A stretch of DNA of 32,000 nt from Micrococcus luteus NCTC 2665 (GTDB taxonomy: Bacteria > Actinomycetota > Actinomycetes > Actinomycetales > Micrococcaceae). The position numbers and the translations under genes are program-made. Below, piece after piece: positions 1 to 10,615 of this stretch. Below the pieces are notes generated by a model, which was not told the DNA's origin, did no database searches, and saw only the letters and a list, made by a program, of their open reading frames with translations. Position 1 is the first letter of the stretch; each line of letters opens with the position of its first letter. Where the stretch lies: the NCBI RefSeq assembly GCF_000023205.1, contig NC_012803.1, positions 570,001 through 602,000 on the forward strand, in the 5' to 3' direction.

Positions 1-1556
1 TGGCCCAGGTCCTCGGCCGTCATCAGGTCCTCGGCGGTGAAGGGCTCGCCGTCGGAGCGGGTCGGCGGGGCCGGCCACGTGGCCGGGTCATCCTCGTCGA
101 CGTCGGGGGTCTGCGTCTCCTGCGCGACGACGGCCAGCGCGGTGAGCAGCGGCGTCGCCGTGACGCCGGTCGGGTCCGACCCGGCGGTCACGGACTCGTC
201 GGCCAGCATCTCGTCCACGCGGCGGTGGACGAGGTCGTAGTCGGGATAGGTGGTGAAGTGGGTGCCCGTGTCGCCGAAGTCGGGCGGGCCGACGGTCAGC
301 CGCCGCATCCTCTGGCCGCGCGAGCGCTCGGCGAGGTCCACGAACGTGCCCAGCTGGGACTGCGGCAGGTCGGTGGTCACGATCTGCTGGCCCGCCGCGA
401 GGATCTCCTCGAAGCGGGTGAGCACGGTGGCGGGGCTGAACTGCTCCAGCATCGCCGCCTGCATGCACTGCTGCCGGCGGATGCGGGCGTAGTCGGTGGA
501 CCAGTGCCGGGAGCGGGCGAAGGCGAGCGCATCGTCGCCGTTGAAGTGGTGGGTGCCCGGCTCCCACCAGATGTTGCCCCAGGCGCCGTCGGGCCGGACG
601 CCGCGGTGGACCACGTAGCCGCCGCTGACGACGTCCACCCCGCCCATGGCGTCGATCAGCTGGGCGAAGCCGCCCATGTCCATGAGGGCGTAGCCGGAGA
701 TGTCCAGCCCGAGGATGCCGCCGGCGGCGTCCTTCATGGCCTCGGCGCCGGGGTGTTCGGCGTCCGGGTAGAGGTCTGCGTGATGCTCCTCCACGTCCGT
801 GTAGAGGGCGTTGAGGATGCACTCGTCGCCGCAGTCGAAGCCGTTCGGGTAGACGTCCCACAGCGGGGAGCCCTCGATGAACGGCACGTCCTGGAGGTTG
901 CGGGGCAGGGAGAACATCACGATGGCGCCGGTGCGGGCGTCCACGGAGACCACGTGCATGGAGTCCGGGCGCAGCCCCTGCCGGCCCTCGCCGGCGTCCG
1001 CGCCCAGGACCAGGATGTTGTAGCGGCCCTCGGCCTCCGGGACGGCCGGTCCCTCCTGGAATACCTCGCCGAGCGCCCCGCGGCTCGTGTTCGCGGCCCA
1101 GCCGCCGTAGAGCAGGGCGCCGCTGGTGAGCACGAGCGCGAGCGCGGTGACCGCCGCCGTGATCTTCCGCGCGCCGGGGGCGAGCAGGTGCAGCCGGATC
1201 AGCCGGAACGTGTCCACCCACAGCACCGCCCAGCCCACCGCCAACGCCGCCAGGACCACCGCCAGTCCGAGCAGCACGCCGTCCCGGGCCATGAGTGAGA
1301 TCAGGCTCGCGCGGGAGACCAGCCACCACAGCAGCCCGAGGAGCAGCACGGCCCACACGGTGACGGTGACCCGCAGCGCCACGCGGCCGAGCCGGCGGCT
1401 GCCGGCGACGAGCTGGGCGCCGCCGGGGACCAGCAGGGTCAGGGTGGTGAGGATCAGCGCCCGGCGGGTGCGCTCGGTGGGGGAGGCGACGCGCGGGTCC
1501 CGAAGCGGGTCGGGCTGCGCGTGACCGGCGGGCACGGATCCGGGGGCGGTCGACAT
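1..1556 (-). CDS. LytR-CpsA-Psr (LCP) family cell-wall glycopolymer ligase, 3' end outside the window
   Basis: Own translation of a minus frame that is absent from the ORF track because it has no stop in the window. It reads [12 protein letters not shown]..., then a TM segment (LILTTLTLLVPGGAQLV, WAVLLLGLLWWLV), then the LCP core GRYNILVLGADAGEGRQGLRPDSMHVVSVD...SLPRNL...GGILGLDISGYALMDMGGFAQLIDAMGGVDV. The ATG at 1556 overlaps the purE stop as ATGA. Confidence 0.75.
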   Translation of the reverse strand, partial: MSTAPGSVPAGHAQPDPLRDPRVASPTERTRRALILTTLTLLVPGGAQLVAGSRRLGRVALRVTVTVWAVLLLGLLWWLVSRASLISLMARDGVLLGLAVVLAALAVGWAVLWVDTFRLIRLHLLAPGARKITAAVTALALVLTSGALLYGGWAANTSRGALGEVFQEGPAVPEAEGRYNILVLGADAGEGRQGLRPDSMHVVSVDARTGAIVMFSLPRNLQDVPFIEGSPLWDVYPNGFDCGDECILNALYTDVEEHHADLYPDAEHPGAEAMKDAAGGILGLDISGYALMDMGGFAQLIDAMGGVDVVSGGYVVHRGVRPDGAWGNIWWEPGTHHFNGDDALAFARSRHWSTDYARIRRQQCMQAAMLEQFSPATVLTRFEEILAAGQQIVTTDLPQSQLGTFVDLAERSRGQRMRRLTVGPPDFGDTGTHFTTYPDYDLVHRRVDEMLADESVTAGSDPTGVTATPLLTALAVVAQETQTPDVDEDDPATWPAPPTRSDGEPFTAEDLMTAEDLG

Positions 1557-2113
1557 CAGCGGTCGGCGGCCATCCGCTCGCGCAGGCGGGCTCCCTTGGC
1601 CCGGGCCTGGGCGTTGAGCTCGTCGGCGTGCTCGGCGAGGGCGGCGCGCAGGCGGTCGCCCTCCGCGGTGTCGGCCGAGGCGAGGATGCGGGCGGCCAGC
1701 AGGCCGGCGTTGCGGGCGCCGTCGATGGAGACGGTGGCCACCGGCACGCCGGCCGGCATCTGGACGATCGAGAGCAGGGAGTCCATCCCGTCCAGGCTCT
1801 TGAGCTTCACGGGCACGCCGATCACGGGCAGGGGGGTGACGGCGGCGAGCATCCCGGGCAGGTGCGCCGCGCCGCCCGCGCCGGCCACGATCACGCGGAT
1901 GCCGCGCTGGTGCGCGCGGGCGCCGAACTCCACCATCTCGTGGGGCATGCGGTGCGCGGAGACCACGCCGACCTCGACGGGCACGTCGAGCTCGCGCAGG
2001 GCCTCGGCGGCCGCGCTCATCACGGGCCAGTCGGAGTCGGAGCCCATCACGACGGAGACGACCGGGGCGTCGTCCTGCAGGGGCTGGGCAGGGGTCTGGG
2101 GCGTGGCGGTCAT
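1556..2113 (-). CDS. purE: N5-carboxyaminoimidazole ribonucleotide mutase
   Basis: C-terminal 185 aa of track ORF 1556..2656, starting MTATPQTP. Motifs present: [35 protein letters not shown]. The ATG at 2113 overlaps the purK stop (ATGA). Confidence 0.9.
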   Translation of the reverse strand: MTATPQTPAQPLQDDAPVVSVVMGSDSDWPVMSAAAEALRELDVPVEVGVVSAHRMPHEMVEFGARAHQRGIRVIVAGAGGAAHLPGMLAAVTPLPVIGVPVKLKSLDGMDSLLSIVQMPAGVPVATVSIDGARNAGLLAARILASADTAEGDRLRAALAEHADELNAQARAKGARLRERMAADR

Positions 2114-3315
2114 GGGCGGGCCTCCGTCTCGGTGCCGGTGGTGGGGGCGTCGTCGCGCAGGAGTGCGGCGGCGGACTCGGCGGTCCGCACGGCCTCCTCG
2201 AGGCTGAGGCCGTGGTCCGCGACGACGTTGACGTGACCGACCTTGCGTCCCGGGCGCACGTCCTTGCCGTAGAGGTGGACCTTGGCCTGCGGGTGGGCGG
2301 CGAGGGCCGCGACGCTGCCGGCGTGCAGGTCCTCGCGGGCGCCGCCGAGGACGTTCTTCATCACGACGCCGGCCCCGCGGGGGGCCGTCTGGCCCAGCGG
2401 CAGGTCGAGCACGGCGCGGACGTGCTGTTCGAACTGCCCGGTGACGGCGCCGTCCATGGACCAGTGGCCGGAGTTGTGGGGGCGCATGGCCAGCTCGTTC
2501 ACCTGGAAGCCGGGGCCGACCCCCGGCGTCTCGAACAGCTCGACCGCGAGCATGCCGGTGACGTCCAGCTCCTCGGCGAGGCGGACGGCCGCGGCGGTCG
2601 CGGCCGCGGCGACGGCCGGGTCGAGGTCCTGGGCCGGGGCGACCACGAGGTCGCACACGCCGGCCACCTGGACCGAGTCGACCACGGGGTAGACGGCCAC
2701 CTCACCGGAGGGGGTGCGCGCCACCTGCGCGGAGAGCTCACGGGAGAAGGGGACGAGGGCCTCGGCCAGCAGCGGGGTGATGCCGGCGCCGAGCCACGCG
2801 GCCAGGGTGCCGTCCGCGGCGGAGGCGCGGGCGTCGTCGGCGTCGTCGAGTTTGAGCACACCCTTGCCGTCGTAGCCGCCGCGGGGGGTCTTGAGGATCA
2901 TCGGCCAGCCGTGCTCGTCGCCGAAGGCGAGGACGGCCTCGAGGTCGTCGACCGGTGCCCACGCCGGGTTCGGCAGGCCCATCCGCTCGACGGCGGCGCG
3001 CATGACCAGCTTGTCCTGGGCGTGCTGCAGGGCCTCGGGGCCGGGGCGCACGGCGACGCCGGCCTCCTGCAGGGCCCGCAGGTGCTCGGTGGGCACGTGC
3101 TCGTGGTCGAAGGTGACCACGTCCACCGTGGCCGCGAACGCGCGCAGGTCCGCCAGGTCCGCGTGGTCGCCGACCATGTGGGGGGCGACCTGGGCCGCTG
3201 ACGCGTCCGGGGCCTCCGCGAGCACGCGGAAGGGCACACCGAGCTCCGCGGCGGCGCCCGCCATCATGCGGGCCAGCTGCCCGCCGCCGATCACACCGAG
3301 TCGAGGGGAAGTCAC
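2110..3315 (-). CDS. purK: N5-carboxyaminoimidazole ribonucleotide synthase (ATP-grasp)
   Basis: Lower part of track ORF 2110..4218, from GTG at 3315: [18 protein letters not shown]...[18 protein letters not shown]...[12 protein letters not shown]. The upstream part of that ORF is Arg/Gly-rich read-through. Confidence 0.85.
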   Translation of the reverse strand: MTSPRLGVIGGGQLARMMAGAAAELGVPFRVLAEAPDASAAQVAPHMVGDHADLADLRAFAATVDVVTFDHEHVPTEHLRALQEAGVAVRPGPEALQHAQDKLVMRAAVERMGLPNPAWAPVDDLEAVLAFGDEHGWPMILKTPRGGYDGKGVLKLDDADDARASAADGTLAAWLGAGITPLLAEALVPFSRELSAQVARTPSGEVAVYPVVDSVQVAGVCDLVVAPAQDLDPAVAAAATAAAVRLAEELDVTGMLAVELFETPGVGPGFQVNELAMRPHNSGHWSMDGAVTGQFEQHVRAVLDLPLGQTAPRGAGVVMKNVLGGAREDLHAGSVAALAAHPQAKVHLYGKDVRPGRKVGHVNVVADHGLSLEEAVRTAESAAALLRDDAPTTGTETEARP

Positions 3316-3483
3316 CCGCACAGGGTAGTCGGACCGGCTGAGAACTCCGTCACGGAGGGGCGGCCGATGCCGGATCCGAGGAGGGCGCGCGCCGGGGGCG
3401 CGGCTACAGTGTTCCCCAGCCCTGCGCGGGTCCGCCTCGCGTCCACACCCCCGTCCCCGTCCCGAACCGAGGAGTCCACGCCC

Positions 3484-4092
3484 ATGCTGTCCGATCTCTG
3501 GGGCCGCCTGACCGGGATGGTCGCCCTGCTGTGGCGGGAGGTGGCCAAGTTCGGCACCGTCGGTGCGGCCGCGTTCGTGGTGGACTCGCTCGTCTTCTGG
3601 TGGATGATGACCGGCCCGCTCGAGGGGTCCAACGTCAAGGCCAAGATCGTGGGCGGCGTCGTCGCCACCCTGTTCAGCTGGGTCGCCAACCGCTACTGGA
3701 CGTTCCGCGAGAAGCGCTCGTCCAACAAGACCCGCGAGCTCGTCATGTTCCTGCTGATGAACGCGATCGGCCTGGGCATCCAGGCGGGCTGCGTGTTCAT
3801 CGCGCAGTATTTGATGGGCGTGACGGACCCGGGCGGCCTGTTCATCGCCGGCAACGTGGTGGGCCTGTTCTTCGGCACCGTGTTCCGCTACTTCGCCTAC
3901 CGGTTCTGGGTGTTCAAGGAGGAGCTGGACGTGGAGCCCGGCTTCGCCAACGACATCGCGATCATCACCGGCCAGATGCCCGTGCTGCGCGACGAGCAGC
4001 TGCACCCGCACGGCCGCCACGAGGCGCGGGGCCGCCCGGCCGAGCGCCACGTCCGTCGGGACGATGGCCCGGCCCGCCACCGCGCCTCCTGA
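3484..4092 (+). CDS. GtrA-family membrane protein
   Basis: MLSDLWGRLTGMVALLWREVAKFGTVGAAAFVVDSLVFWWM...VATLFSWVANRYWTFR...FRYFAYRFWVFK, the typical four-TM GtrA pattern. A GAGGAG Shine-Dalgarno lies about 9 nt upstream of the ATG at 3484. Confidence 0.75.
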   Translation: MLSDLWGRLTGMVALLWREVAKFGTVGAAAFVVDSLVFWWMMTGPLEGSNVKAKIVGGVVATLFSWVANRYWTFREKRSSNKTRELVMFLLMNAIGLGIQAGCVFIAQYLMGVTDPGGLFIAGNVVGLFFGTVFRYFAYRFWVFKEELDVEPGFANDIAIITGQMPVLRDEQLHPHGRHEARGRPAERHVRRDDGPARHRAS

Positions 4093-4151
4093 GCCCGGAG
4101 CTCTGAGCCCGGTGCGCTGAGCCCGGCGCGCGGGTCCGCAATCCCGCCCCG

Positions 4152-4805
4152 TCAGGGGTGCACCTGCACCGCCCGCCCGGCGTCCCACGCCTGCAGCACG
4201 GCCCGCATCCCCGCCCACGTGAGGCGGGGGCGCGGGCCGTCGTCGTCCTGGTCTTCGTCAGTTCGGGCGTCCCCGTCCGCCGCGGCGACGTCGGCGGCCG
4301 GCAGGGCCTCGGGGCGCACGTGGTCCACGGGGCCGGGCAGGGCGTCGGGCTGGCCGAGGATCTCGGCGGCCACGTCCACCACGGACGGGTCGGCCGCGGT
4401 GCCGCCGGTCGGGAGCTCGAGCCCGCGGGGCAGCGCGACGGCGAACACGGCGGTGGCCGGGTCGGTCCAGCGCTCAGGGCGGTCGGTGAGGACGGCCGCG
4501 GGGGTGGCGCCGTCGTCGGCGGGCTTGGCGCCGGCGCAGAGCACGCCGAGGGCCAGGGCGTGGGAGAGCCAGTGGGCGGGCAGGTCCAGGGCCACCGGGT
4601 CGCCGGGGCCGAGGCCCTCGTCCGCCAGCAGGCCGGCCGTCTTGGCCGCCCAGTTCACGGTGACGCGGCCGGAGAGCTCGATGCGCTGGTCCACGGCGCC
4701 GTGCTCGCCGGGGGCGCCCGGTTCCTGGACGAGCGCGGGGCGCGGTGAGGAGGCCAGGCGCAGCACGAGGGGGCCGGTGGAGTGGGGCGCGGAGAGGGAG
4801 ACCAT
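4152..4805 (-). CDS. Conserved actinobacterial protein resembling the TIGR03089 family (acyl-CoA-synthetase N-terminal-like)
   Basis: MVSLSAPHSTGPLVL...RIELSGRVTVNWAAKTAGLLADEGLGPGDPVALDLPAHWLSHALALGVLCAGA matches my recollection of that family. The start is uncertain; the track ORF extends to 4910. Confidence 0.55.
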   Translation of the reverse strand: MVSLSAPHSTGPLVLRLASSPRPALVQEPGAPGEHGAVDQRIELSGRVTVNWAAKTAGLLADEGLGPGDPVALDLPAHWLSHALALGVLCAGAKPADDGATPAAVLTDRPERWTDPATAVFAVALPRGLELPTGGTAADPSVVDVAAEILGQPDALPGPVDHVRPEALPAADVAAADGDARTDEDQDDDGPRPRLTWAGMRAVLQAWDAGRAVQVHP

Positions 4806-4898
4806 GCACCCAGTCTGGCACCCCGATCCCGCGCCGCGGCGGCCCCCGGGGTCGGCCCCGGGGCCGAGGTCCGGGGCCCCGGCGGGCCCGTGCTCGGC

Positions 4899-4928
4899 TT
4901 GACGGGACACGAATCACACCGATGTAAT
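4899..4928 (+). promoter_or_regulatory. Candidate sigma-70-type promoter for whiB (TTGACG-N18-TGTAAT)
   Basis: TTGACG at 4899-4904 and TGTAAT at 4923-4928, in an unusually AT-containing patch about 120 nt upstream of the whiB ATG. Confidence 0.3.
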
Positions 4929-5046
4929 GAAGGCCGGGTCAGCGGCCTCTCACAGGGGCCGCACCGGCTTGTCCGGGGCCCGCGCGGACCGGCAGGAGAA
5001 CGGGATCCCGCGTCAGCCACGTCGATCCCGGGAAGAGGCGTCACAC

Positions 5047-5577
5047 ATGGAGCAGACCCAGCGAGTCGAGGACGCGCACCGCGCCGAGTCGGCGCAGGCG
5101 GCGGCGCCTCGCCCGCGCGGAGTCCCCAGTGACTGGTTCCTGGACCCGGCCGATCCGCTGGCCGGCGCCGACGCCGCCACCCTGGAGGACCAGGCCACCG
5201 CCCTGCTCTCCGCCCACGACCTCGAGGACGAGGCCGGCACCCCGTCCGCCACCGTCACCGCCCTCTTCCCGGGTGACCCCGGCCGGCCGGTCGAGGCCGC
5301 GCCCGTCGCGGACGACTGGGCCGCGATCCCGGGCCTGGTCACCGAGCCCGTCGAGGGCGAGCTGGCCTGGCAGGTGGACGCGCTGTGCGCCCAGACGGAC
5401 CCCGAGGCGTTCTTCCCGGAGAAGGGCGGCTCCACGCGGGACGCCAAGCGCGTGTGCGAGGCCTGCGTGGTCAAGGACCAGTGCCTCGAGTACGCCATGG
5501 AGAACGACGAGCGCTTCGGCATCTGGGGCGGCCTCTCCGAGCGGGAGCGCCGCCGGCTGCGCCGCGCCCGCGCCTGA
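5047..5577 (+). CDS. whiB: WhiB-family Fe-S redox-sensing transcription factor (WhiB2/WhmD-like, long N-terminal extension)
   Basis: C-terminus VDALCAQTDPEAFFPEKGGSTRDAKRVCEACVVKDQCLEYAMENDERFGIWGGLSERERRRL carries the four Cys of the WhiB cluster and the GIWGG turn. The ATG at 5047 is preceded by GGAAGAGG. Confidence 0.85.
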   Translation: MEQTQRVEDAHRAESAQAAAPRPRGVPSDWFLDPADPLAGADAATLEDQATALLSAHDLEDEAGTPSATVTALFPGDPGRPVEAAPVADDWAAIPGLVTEPVEGELAWQVDALCAQTDPEAFFPEKGGSTRDAKRVCEACVVKDQCLEYAMENDERFGIWGGLSERERRRLRRARA

Positions 5578-5602
5578 CGCCCGGCGGCCACCCGGCCCCG
5601 GC

Positions 5603-6187
5603 TCAGCCGCGGCCCCAGCTGGGGTCGAGCACCTGCGGGTCCACGCCCAGGGCCTCGGCGCAGCGGCTCAGTGCTACCCCGTAGACGGCCCCCTCGAGGT
5701 CGGCCGGGTCGGCCGCGTCCCGCAGCGGCCGCTCGAACAGGGTGATCAGCACCCCGTCCCGGCCCTGCCGCTCGGCCCGCGCGAACAGCGCCTCCTCATC
5801 CCGTTCCCGGCCGGCGTGCAGCTCGCGCAGCCGTTCGTCGAGCCGGTCCGGGATGCGCTCCACCCGCGCGGTCACGTGCCGCAGCCCGGGGGCCTCCAGC
5901 GCCGCCAGCCGGTCGACGGCCTTCTCGACGGCGGTCAGCAGTGCCTCGCCGCGGCCCCGCTCGGAGCGCAGGCCGAAGGGGCGGGGGTGGCGCAGCCCGC
6001 GGCCGCGGCGGTCGCGCGTGCGCCGCGCGCCGTGGCCGCCCGCGCCGGACGCGGCGGCGCCCGGCTGAGGGGCTCCCGTCTCGACCGGGCCGCCGGACGT
6101 GCCCCGCTCCGGGCCCGCGGCGTCGCCCGCCCGGAACGGCAGGGGGTCGAGGGGATCGGAGGCGGCGGACGCGGTCATGCGCGCCAT
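5603..6187 (-). CDS. Conserved hypothetical, probably the metallopeptidase-family protein usually found next to whiB2 and DUF3499 genes
   Basis: RRTRDRRGRGLRHPRPF...LLTAVEKAVDRLAALEAP...GVLITLFERPLRDAADPADLEGAVYGVALSRCAEALGVDPQVL resembles that family as I remember it. It is convergent with whiB and divergent from the DUF3499 gene. No intact HExxH motif was seen. Confidence 0.5.
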   Translation of the reverse strand: MARMTASAASDPLDPLPFRAGDAAGPERGTSGGPVETGAPQPGAAASGAGGHGARRTRDRRGRGLRHPRPFGLRSERGRGEALLTAVEKAVDRLAALEAPGLRHVTARVERIPDRLDERLRELHAGRERDEEALFARAERQGRDGVLITLFERPLRDAADPADLEGAVYGVALSRCAEALGVDPQVLDPSWGRG

Positions 6188-6218
6188 GGTAGGCCACCGC
6201 CCCGGGCCGTCCGCCGAG

Positions 6219-6224
6219 TAGGGT
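6219..6224 (+). promoter_or_regulatory. Putative -10 box TAGGGT, 7 nt before GTG 6232 (leaderless geometry)
   Basis: TAGGGT-ggcgggc-GTG. The same TAGNNT-N7-start geometry recurs at ahcY, tatD and rsmA. Confidence 0.35.
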
Positions 6225-6231
6225 GGCGGGC

Positions 6232-6543
6232 GTGGGACCCATGCGACGCTGCAGCAAGACCGGATGCCAGAGCCCTGCCCTGGCCACGCTGACGTACAAC
6301 TACGCGGACTCGCAGGTGGTCATCGGGCCTCTGTCGCGCCGGGCGGAGCCGCACACGTACGACCTCTGCGGCGAGCACGCTCGGCGCACCACGGCCCCGC
6401 GCGGCTGGGAGGTGCTGCGGCTGGAGCTGCCCGAGCACTATGAGGCCCTCGACGCGGACGGCGGAGTGCGCACGGTCCCCACCCGGCCCATGGCCGCCCC
6501 GCCGGCCCGCCCCGGGCTGCGCGTGGTGCGTGACGGGGACTGA
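6232..6543 (+). CDS. DUF3499-family protein
   Basis: MRRCSKTGCQSPALATLTYNYADSQVVIGPLSRRAEPHTYDLCGEHARRTTAPRGWEVLRLE is the characteristic DUF3499 signature. The start could be GTG 6232 (leaderless geometry), ATG 6241 or GTG 6223. Confidence 0.8.
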   Translation: MGPMRRCSKTGCQSPALATLTYNYADSQVVIGPLSRRAEPHTYDLCGEHARRTTAPRGWEVLRLELPEHYEALDADGGVRTVPTRPMAAPPARPGLRVVRDGD

Positions 6544-6573
6544 CGCGGCACGTGTCGTGCCGTCCGGGGCGTC

Positions 6574-6579
6574 GCTAGG
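6574..6579. repeat. Target-site duplication GCTAGG (left copy) of the IS481-family element
   Basis: An identical hexamer lies at 7697-7702, directly abutting the inverted-repeat ends. It matches the NCTAGN target known for IS481. Confidence 0.8.
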
Positions 6580-7582
6580 TGTAGGAGGTCATGACGTTGT
6601 TGACTCGGGCCGGGGCCAGTGAGGCCGGAGGAGCGTCTCCGCAGGAGGTATGAGGCCGATGGTAGTTGTAGTGGTTCACCCACACTGCCAACGCCTCACG
6701 CCGAGCTGTCTCTGAGGTATACGGGCGGGCGTAGAGGACCTCATCGACCATCAGCCGGTTGTAGCGTTCGACCTTCCCGTTATGGCGGGGCGTGTATGGG
6801 CGGATCCGGTGGTGCCGGCCCCCGAGCGAGACCACCTTGGCGGTGAACTCCGCGGCCCGATAGTTGTTCCCGTTGTCCGTGACCACCCGGTCCACGGTGA
6901 TGCCGTGGGCGGCGAAGAACGCCCTCGCCCGGCAGAAGAACCCGATCGTGGTCACCGCTTTCTCATCCTCCAACGCCTCGGTGTACGCCAGGCGGGTGTA
7001 CCCGTCGATCGCCGAGTGCAGGTAGGTGTACCCGACCCGCCGGCCAGGCCCGCGCTTGGCTGCTCGCGCGTTCTCGGAGTCCCGTCCGTGAGCACGCCAG
7101 CCGCCCCCCTCGGGGATGCGCCCGATCTTCTTCACGTCCAGGTGCACCATGTGCCCCGGGCCGCGGGCGGTGATCTTCTGCGGTCGTTGGCGCAGGTCCT
7201 CACCCGTGGGCGCGAGGTCTGGCAACCGGGAGATGCCCAGCCGGTGCAGCCACCTGCCCACCGTTCGGAGGCACACCCGGTGGCCTTCAGAGACGAGGTG
7301 GTGATGGATCCGGCGGGCCGACCACTTCTCCCTGCGACGCAGGGTCTGGATCTGGGCCACCACCTCGGGGTCGAGCTGGGCAGGTGAACGGTGCGGCCGG
7401 CTGGGCAGGTCCTGAAGGCCGGCCTCGCCTTCGGCACGGTAGCGGGCCACCCAGGTGGCCACCGTGGGCCGGCTCACCCGGAACTCGGCGGCCACGTGCG
7501 CCTGTGGGATCCCGTCGTGCAGGTGGCGGTGGACCATCCTGAGACGGCCGGTGGGAGTCAGGGGTGCATTAGCGTGAGTCAT
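6575..7582 (-). CDS. IS481-family DDE transposase (rve integrase core)
   Basis: [17 protein letters not shown]... has an N-terminal HTH and DDE residues in [17 protein letters not shown] and NGKVERYN. The stop TAG (6575-6577) lies in the flanking CTAG, outside the inverted repeat. Confidence 0.9.
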   Translation of the reverse strand: MTHANAPLTPTGRLRMVHRHLHDGIPQAHVAAEFRVSRPTVATWVARYRAEGEAGLQDLPSRPHRSPAQLDPEVVAQIQTLRRREKWSARRIHHHLVSEGHRVCLRTVGRWLHRLGISRLPDLAPTGEDLRQRPQKITARGPGHMVHLDVKKIGRIPEGGGWRAHGRDSENARAAKRGPGRRVGYTYLHSAIDGYTRLAYTEALEDEKAVTTIGFFCRARAFFAAHGITVDRVVTDNGNNYRAAEFTAKVVSLGGRHHRIRPYTPRHNGKVERYNRLMVDEVLYARPYTSETARREALAVWVNHYNYHRPHTSCGDAPPASLAPARVNNVMTSYT

Positions 7583-7696
7583 GAGTGGGTCTCTTTTCGG
7601 GCAGGTGGGTGGTGTAGGAACTTCCATCCTGCGGGAGAGGCCCACTCGTCTCATCTCAGCCCGGCCCTCGTGCCAAGAACCTCATGCCCCACAACA
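6580..7696 (-). mobile_element. IS481-family insertion sequence, 1117 bp
   Basis: Imperfect terminal inverted repeats: TGTAGGAGGTCATGACGTTGTTGAC at 6580 versus the reverse complement TGTTGTGGGGCATGAGGTTCTTGGC ending at 7696 (about 20 of the first 28 positions match, TGT...ACA termini). It has a single DDE transposase ORF and a 6-bp GCTAGG direct repeat on both sides. Confidence 0.85.
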
Positions 7697-7702
7697 GCTA
7701 GG
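7697..7702. repeat. Target-site duplication GCTAGG (right copy)
   Basis: See 6574-6579. Confidence 0.8.
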
Positions 7703-7704
7703 CT
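7699..7704 (+). promoter_or_regulatory. Putative -10 box TAGGCT, 7 nt before the ahcY ATG (leaderless geometry)
   Basis: TAGGCT-gaggtgc-ATG(7712). The first four bases are part of the IS target duplication. Confidence 0.35.
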
Positions 7705-7711
7705 GAGGTGC

Positions 7712-9271
<1,560 letters not shown>

Positions 9272-9318
9272 TCCCCGACGCCCGCGGGCGGACGGACCCA
9301 CTCGAGAGAGGCACGGAC

Positions 9319-10539
9319 ATGGCTTCCCATCAGGCCGGCCGCGGGCGCGACGAGCGCGCCGGGGCGGAGGACTTCGAATCCGGGCTGGACTACGGCGCGT
9401 TCGTCCAGGACGACGCCGCGGACGACGCGAACCGCACCCAGGCGCTGCCCGCCATGGGCCGGGACGACGACGGCGGCGCCCAGCACACCTCGGCGCTCAG
9501 CCCCGAGGACCTCGCCGCGCTGCGCGGCGGGGACGCGGCGGCCGCAGACCGACGCGACGCCGGCCGCCCGGCCGCGGACGCCGACCGCGACATCGTCGCC
9601 TCCCGGGCCGTGCCCGAGGGCGACCGGCGGCCGCTGCCCGGTGCCGACGAGCTCGGCCCGCTGAGCGCCGCCGTCGGGGCCCGCGCGGCAGGGTCGAGCA
9701 CAGCCGCCCCGGTCGACCGCTACCCCGAGGACGGCACCGCCGCCCCCATGGCGCAGGCGGCGGCCCTGCAGGGCCCCACGCCGGAGGAGCGCGCGCGCCT
9801 GCCCAAGGCGGGCCCGCGCTTGGCGCAGGTGCTGCTGGCGATCCTCGCCCCGCTCGCCCTGCTGCTGGCCGCCGTCCGCCTCGTGGCGAGCCCGGTGTTC
9901 CTGTGGCTGGAGTACCACCGACCCGGGTTCCCCGCGGACCGGTTCGGCTTCACCCTCGCCGACCGCATGCACTACGGCTCCGCCGGGCTGGACTACGTGA
10001 CCAACCTGGCCGGGCCGCGGTACCTCAGCAGCCTCACGCACCAGGGCGCGCCGTTGTTCACCGAGGTCGAGGTCGACCACATGACGGACGTGAAGACCGT
10101 GCTGTGGATCGCCGCCGCGGCGCTCGTGCTGCTCGTGGTGGTGTGCGCCCTGCTCATCGCGTCCCTGCTGCGCACCAGCCCCGGCGGGGTGCGCCGCGCC
10201 CTGTTCGCCGGCGCCGTGTGGCTGCCGCTCGCGGTGATCGCGCTCGCGGTCCTGGCGGTGCTGGGCTGGGAGACGTTCTTCGCCGGGTTCCACTCGCTGT
10301 TCTTCGCGGACGGCACGTGGACGTTCTCCGTGCGGGACGCCCTCATCCGCCTCTACCCCGAGCAGTTCTGGGTGGACGCCGCCGTGGTGGTCGGGCTGGT
10401 GACCCTGCTGGCGTCCCTCGTGACGCTCGTGGTCACGTGGCCCACGCGACGCCGTCGTGAGCTGAGCGCGGACCGCCGCGAGCAGCTGCTGCGCACCCGC
10501 CTGCGGTGGGCCCGGGAGGACGACGCCGAGGTGCGCTGA
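9319..10539 (+). CDS. Integral membrane protein, TIGR01906/DUF1461-like, with a long acidic Ala-rich N-terminal region
   Basis: Part of track ORF 8014..10539 from MASHQAGRGRDE. The C-terminal half VFLWLEYHRPGFPADRFGFTLADRMHYGSAGLDYV...FHSLFFADGTWTFSVRDALIRLYPEQFW has four or five TM segments. GAGAGAGG lies upstream of the ATG at 9319. Confidence 0.7.
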   Translation: MASHQAGRGRDERAGAEDFESGLDYGAFVQDDAADDANRTQALPAMGRDDDGGAQHTSALSPEDLAALRGGDAAAADRRDAGRPAADADRDIVASRAVPEGDRRPLPGADELGPLSAAVGARAAGSSTAAPVDRYPEDGTAAPMAQAAALQGPTPEERARLPKAGPRLAQVLLAILAPLALLLAAVRLVASPVFLWLEYHRPGFPADRFGFTLADRMHYGSAGLDYVTNLAGPRYLSSLTHQGAPLFTEVEVDHMTDVKTVLWIAAAALVLLVVVCALLIASLLRTSPGGVRRALFAGAVWLPLAVIALAVLAVLGWETFFAGFHSLFFADGTWTFSVRDALIRLYPEQFWVDAAVVVGLVTLLASLVTLVVTWPTRRRRELSADRREQLLRTRLRWAREDDAEVR

Positions 10540-10561
10540 CCGCCGCCGGACGGCACCGGGA

Positions 10562-10596
10562 ACGGGCCGGGAGGACGAGGCGTCCTCCCGGCCCGT
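10562..10596. terminator. Bidirectional intrinsic-terminator-like hairpin between convergent genes
   Basis: ACGGGCCGGGAGGACG-agg-CGTCCTCCCGGCCCGT is a perfect 16-bp stem with a 3-nt loop. It lies between the stops at 10539 (+) and 10616 (-). Confidence 0.6.
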
Positions 10597-10615
10597 CGTC
10601 GTCCGGGGGGCGGGG

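Noticed and set aside
88-1356. 422-aa minus ORF and 357-aa plus ORF (225..1298) from the track
   Set aside because: Both are Arg/Gly/Pro/His-rich shadow frames typical of high-GC DNA. The third minus frame encodes a clean LCP-family protein with TM and catalytic motifs.
2114-4218. Upstream extensions of the purE and purK track ORFs, and likewise 12455..14023 for fadD
   Set aside because: These are read-through of open frames in GC-rich DNA. Homology-like sequence begins only at the starts chosen here, and the extensions overlap other supported genes.
4806-4910. Longer version of the TIGR03089-like ORF starting at 4910
   Set aside because: The extra 35 codons (MSRQAEHGPAGAPDLGPGADPGGRRGAGSGCQTGC) are low-complexity and not family-like. 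The ATG at 4805 gives the expected N-terminus, though this remains uncertain.
7660-7704. Hybrid promoter with a -35 box supplied by the IS481 end
   Set aside because: The hexamers at 16-18 nt upstream of TAGGCT (AGAACC and AAGAAC) are poor matches to TTGACA, so only the -10 box is proposed.
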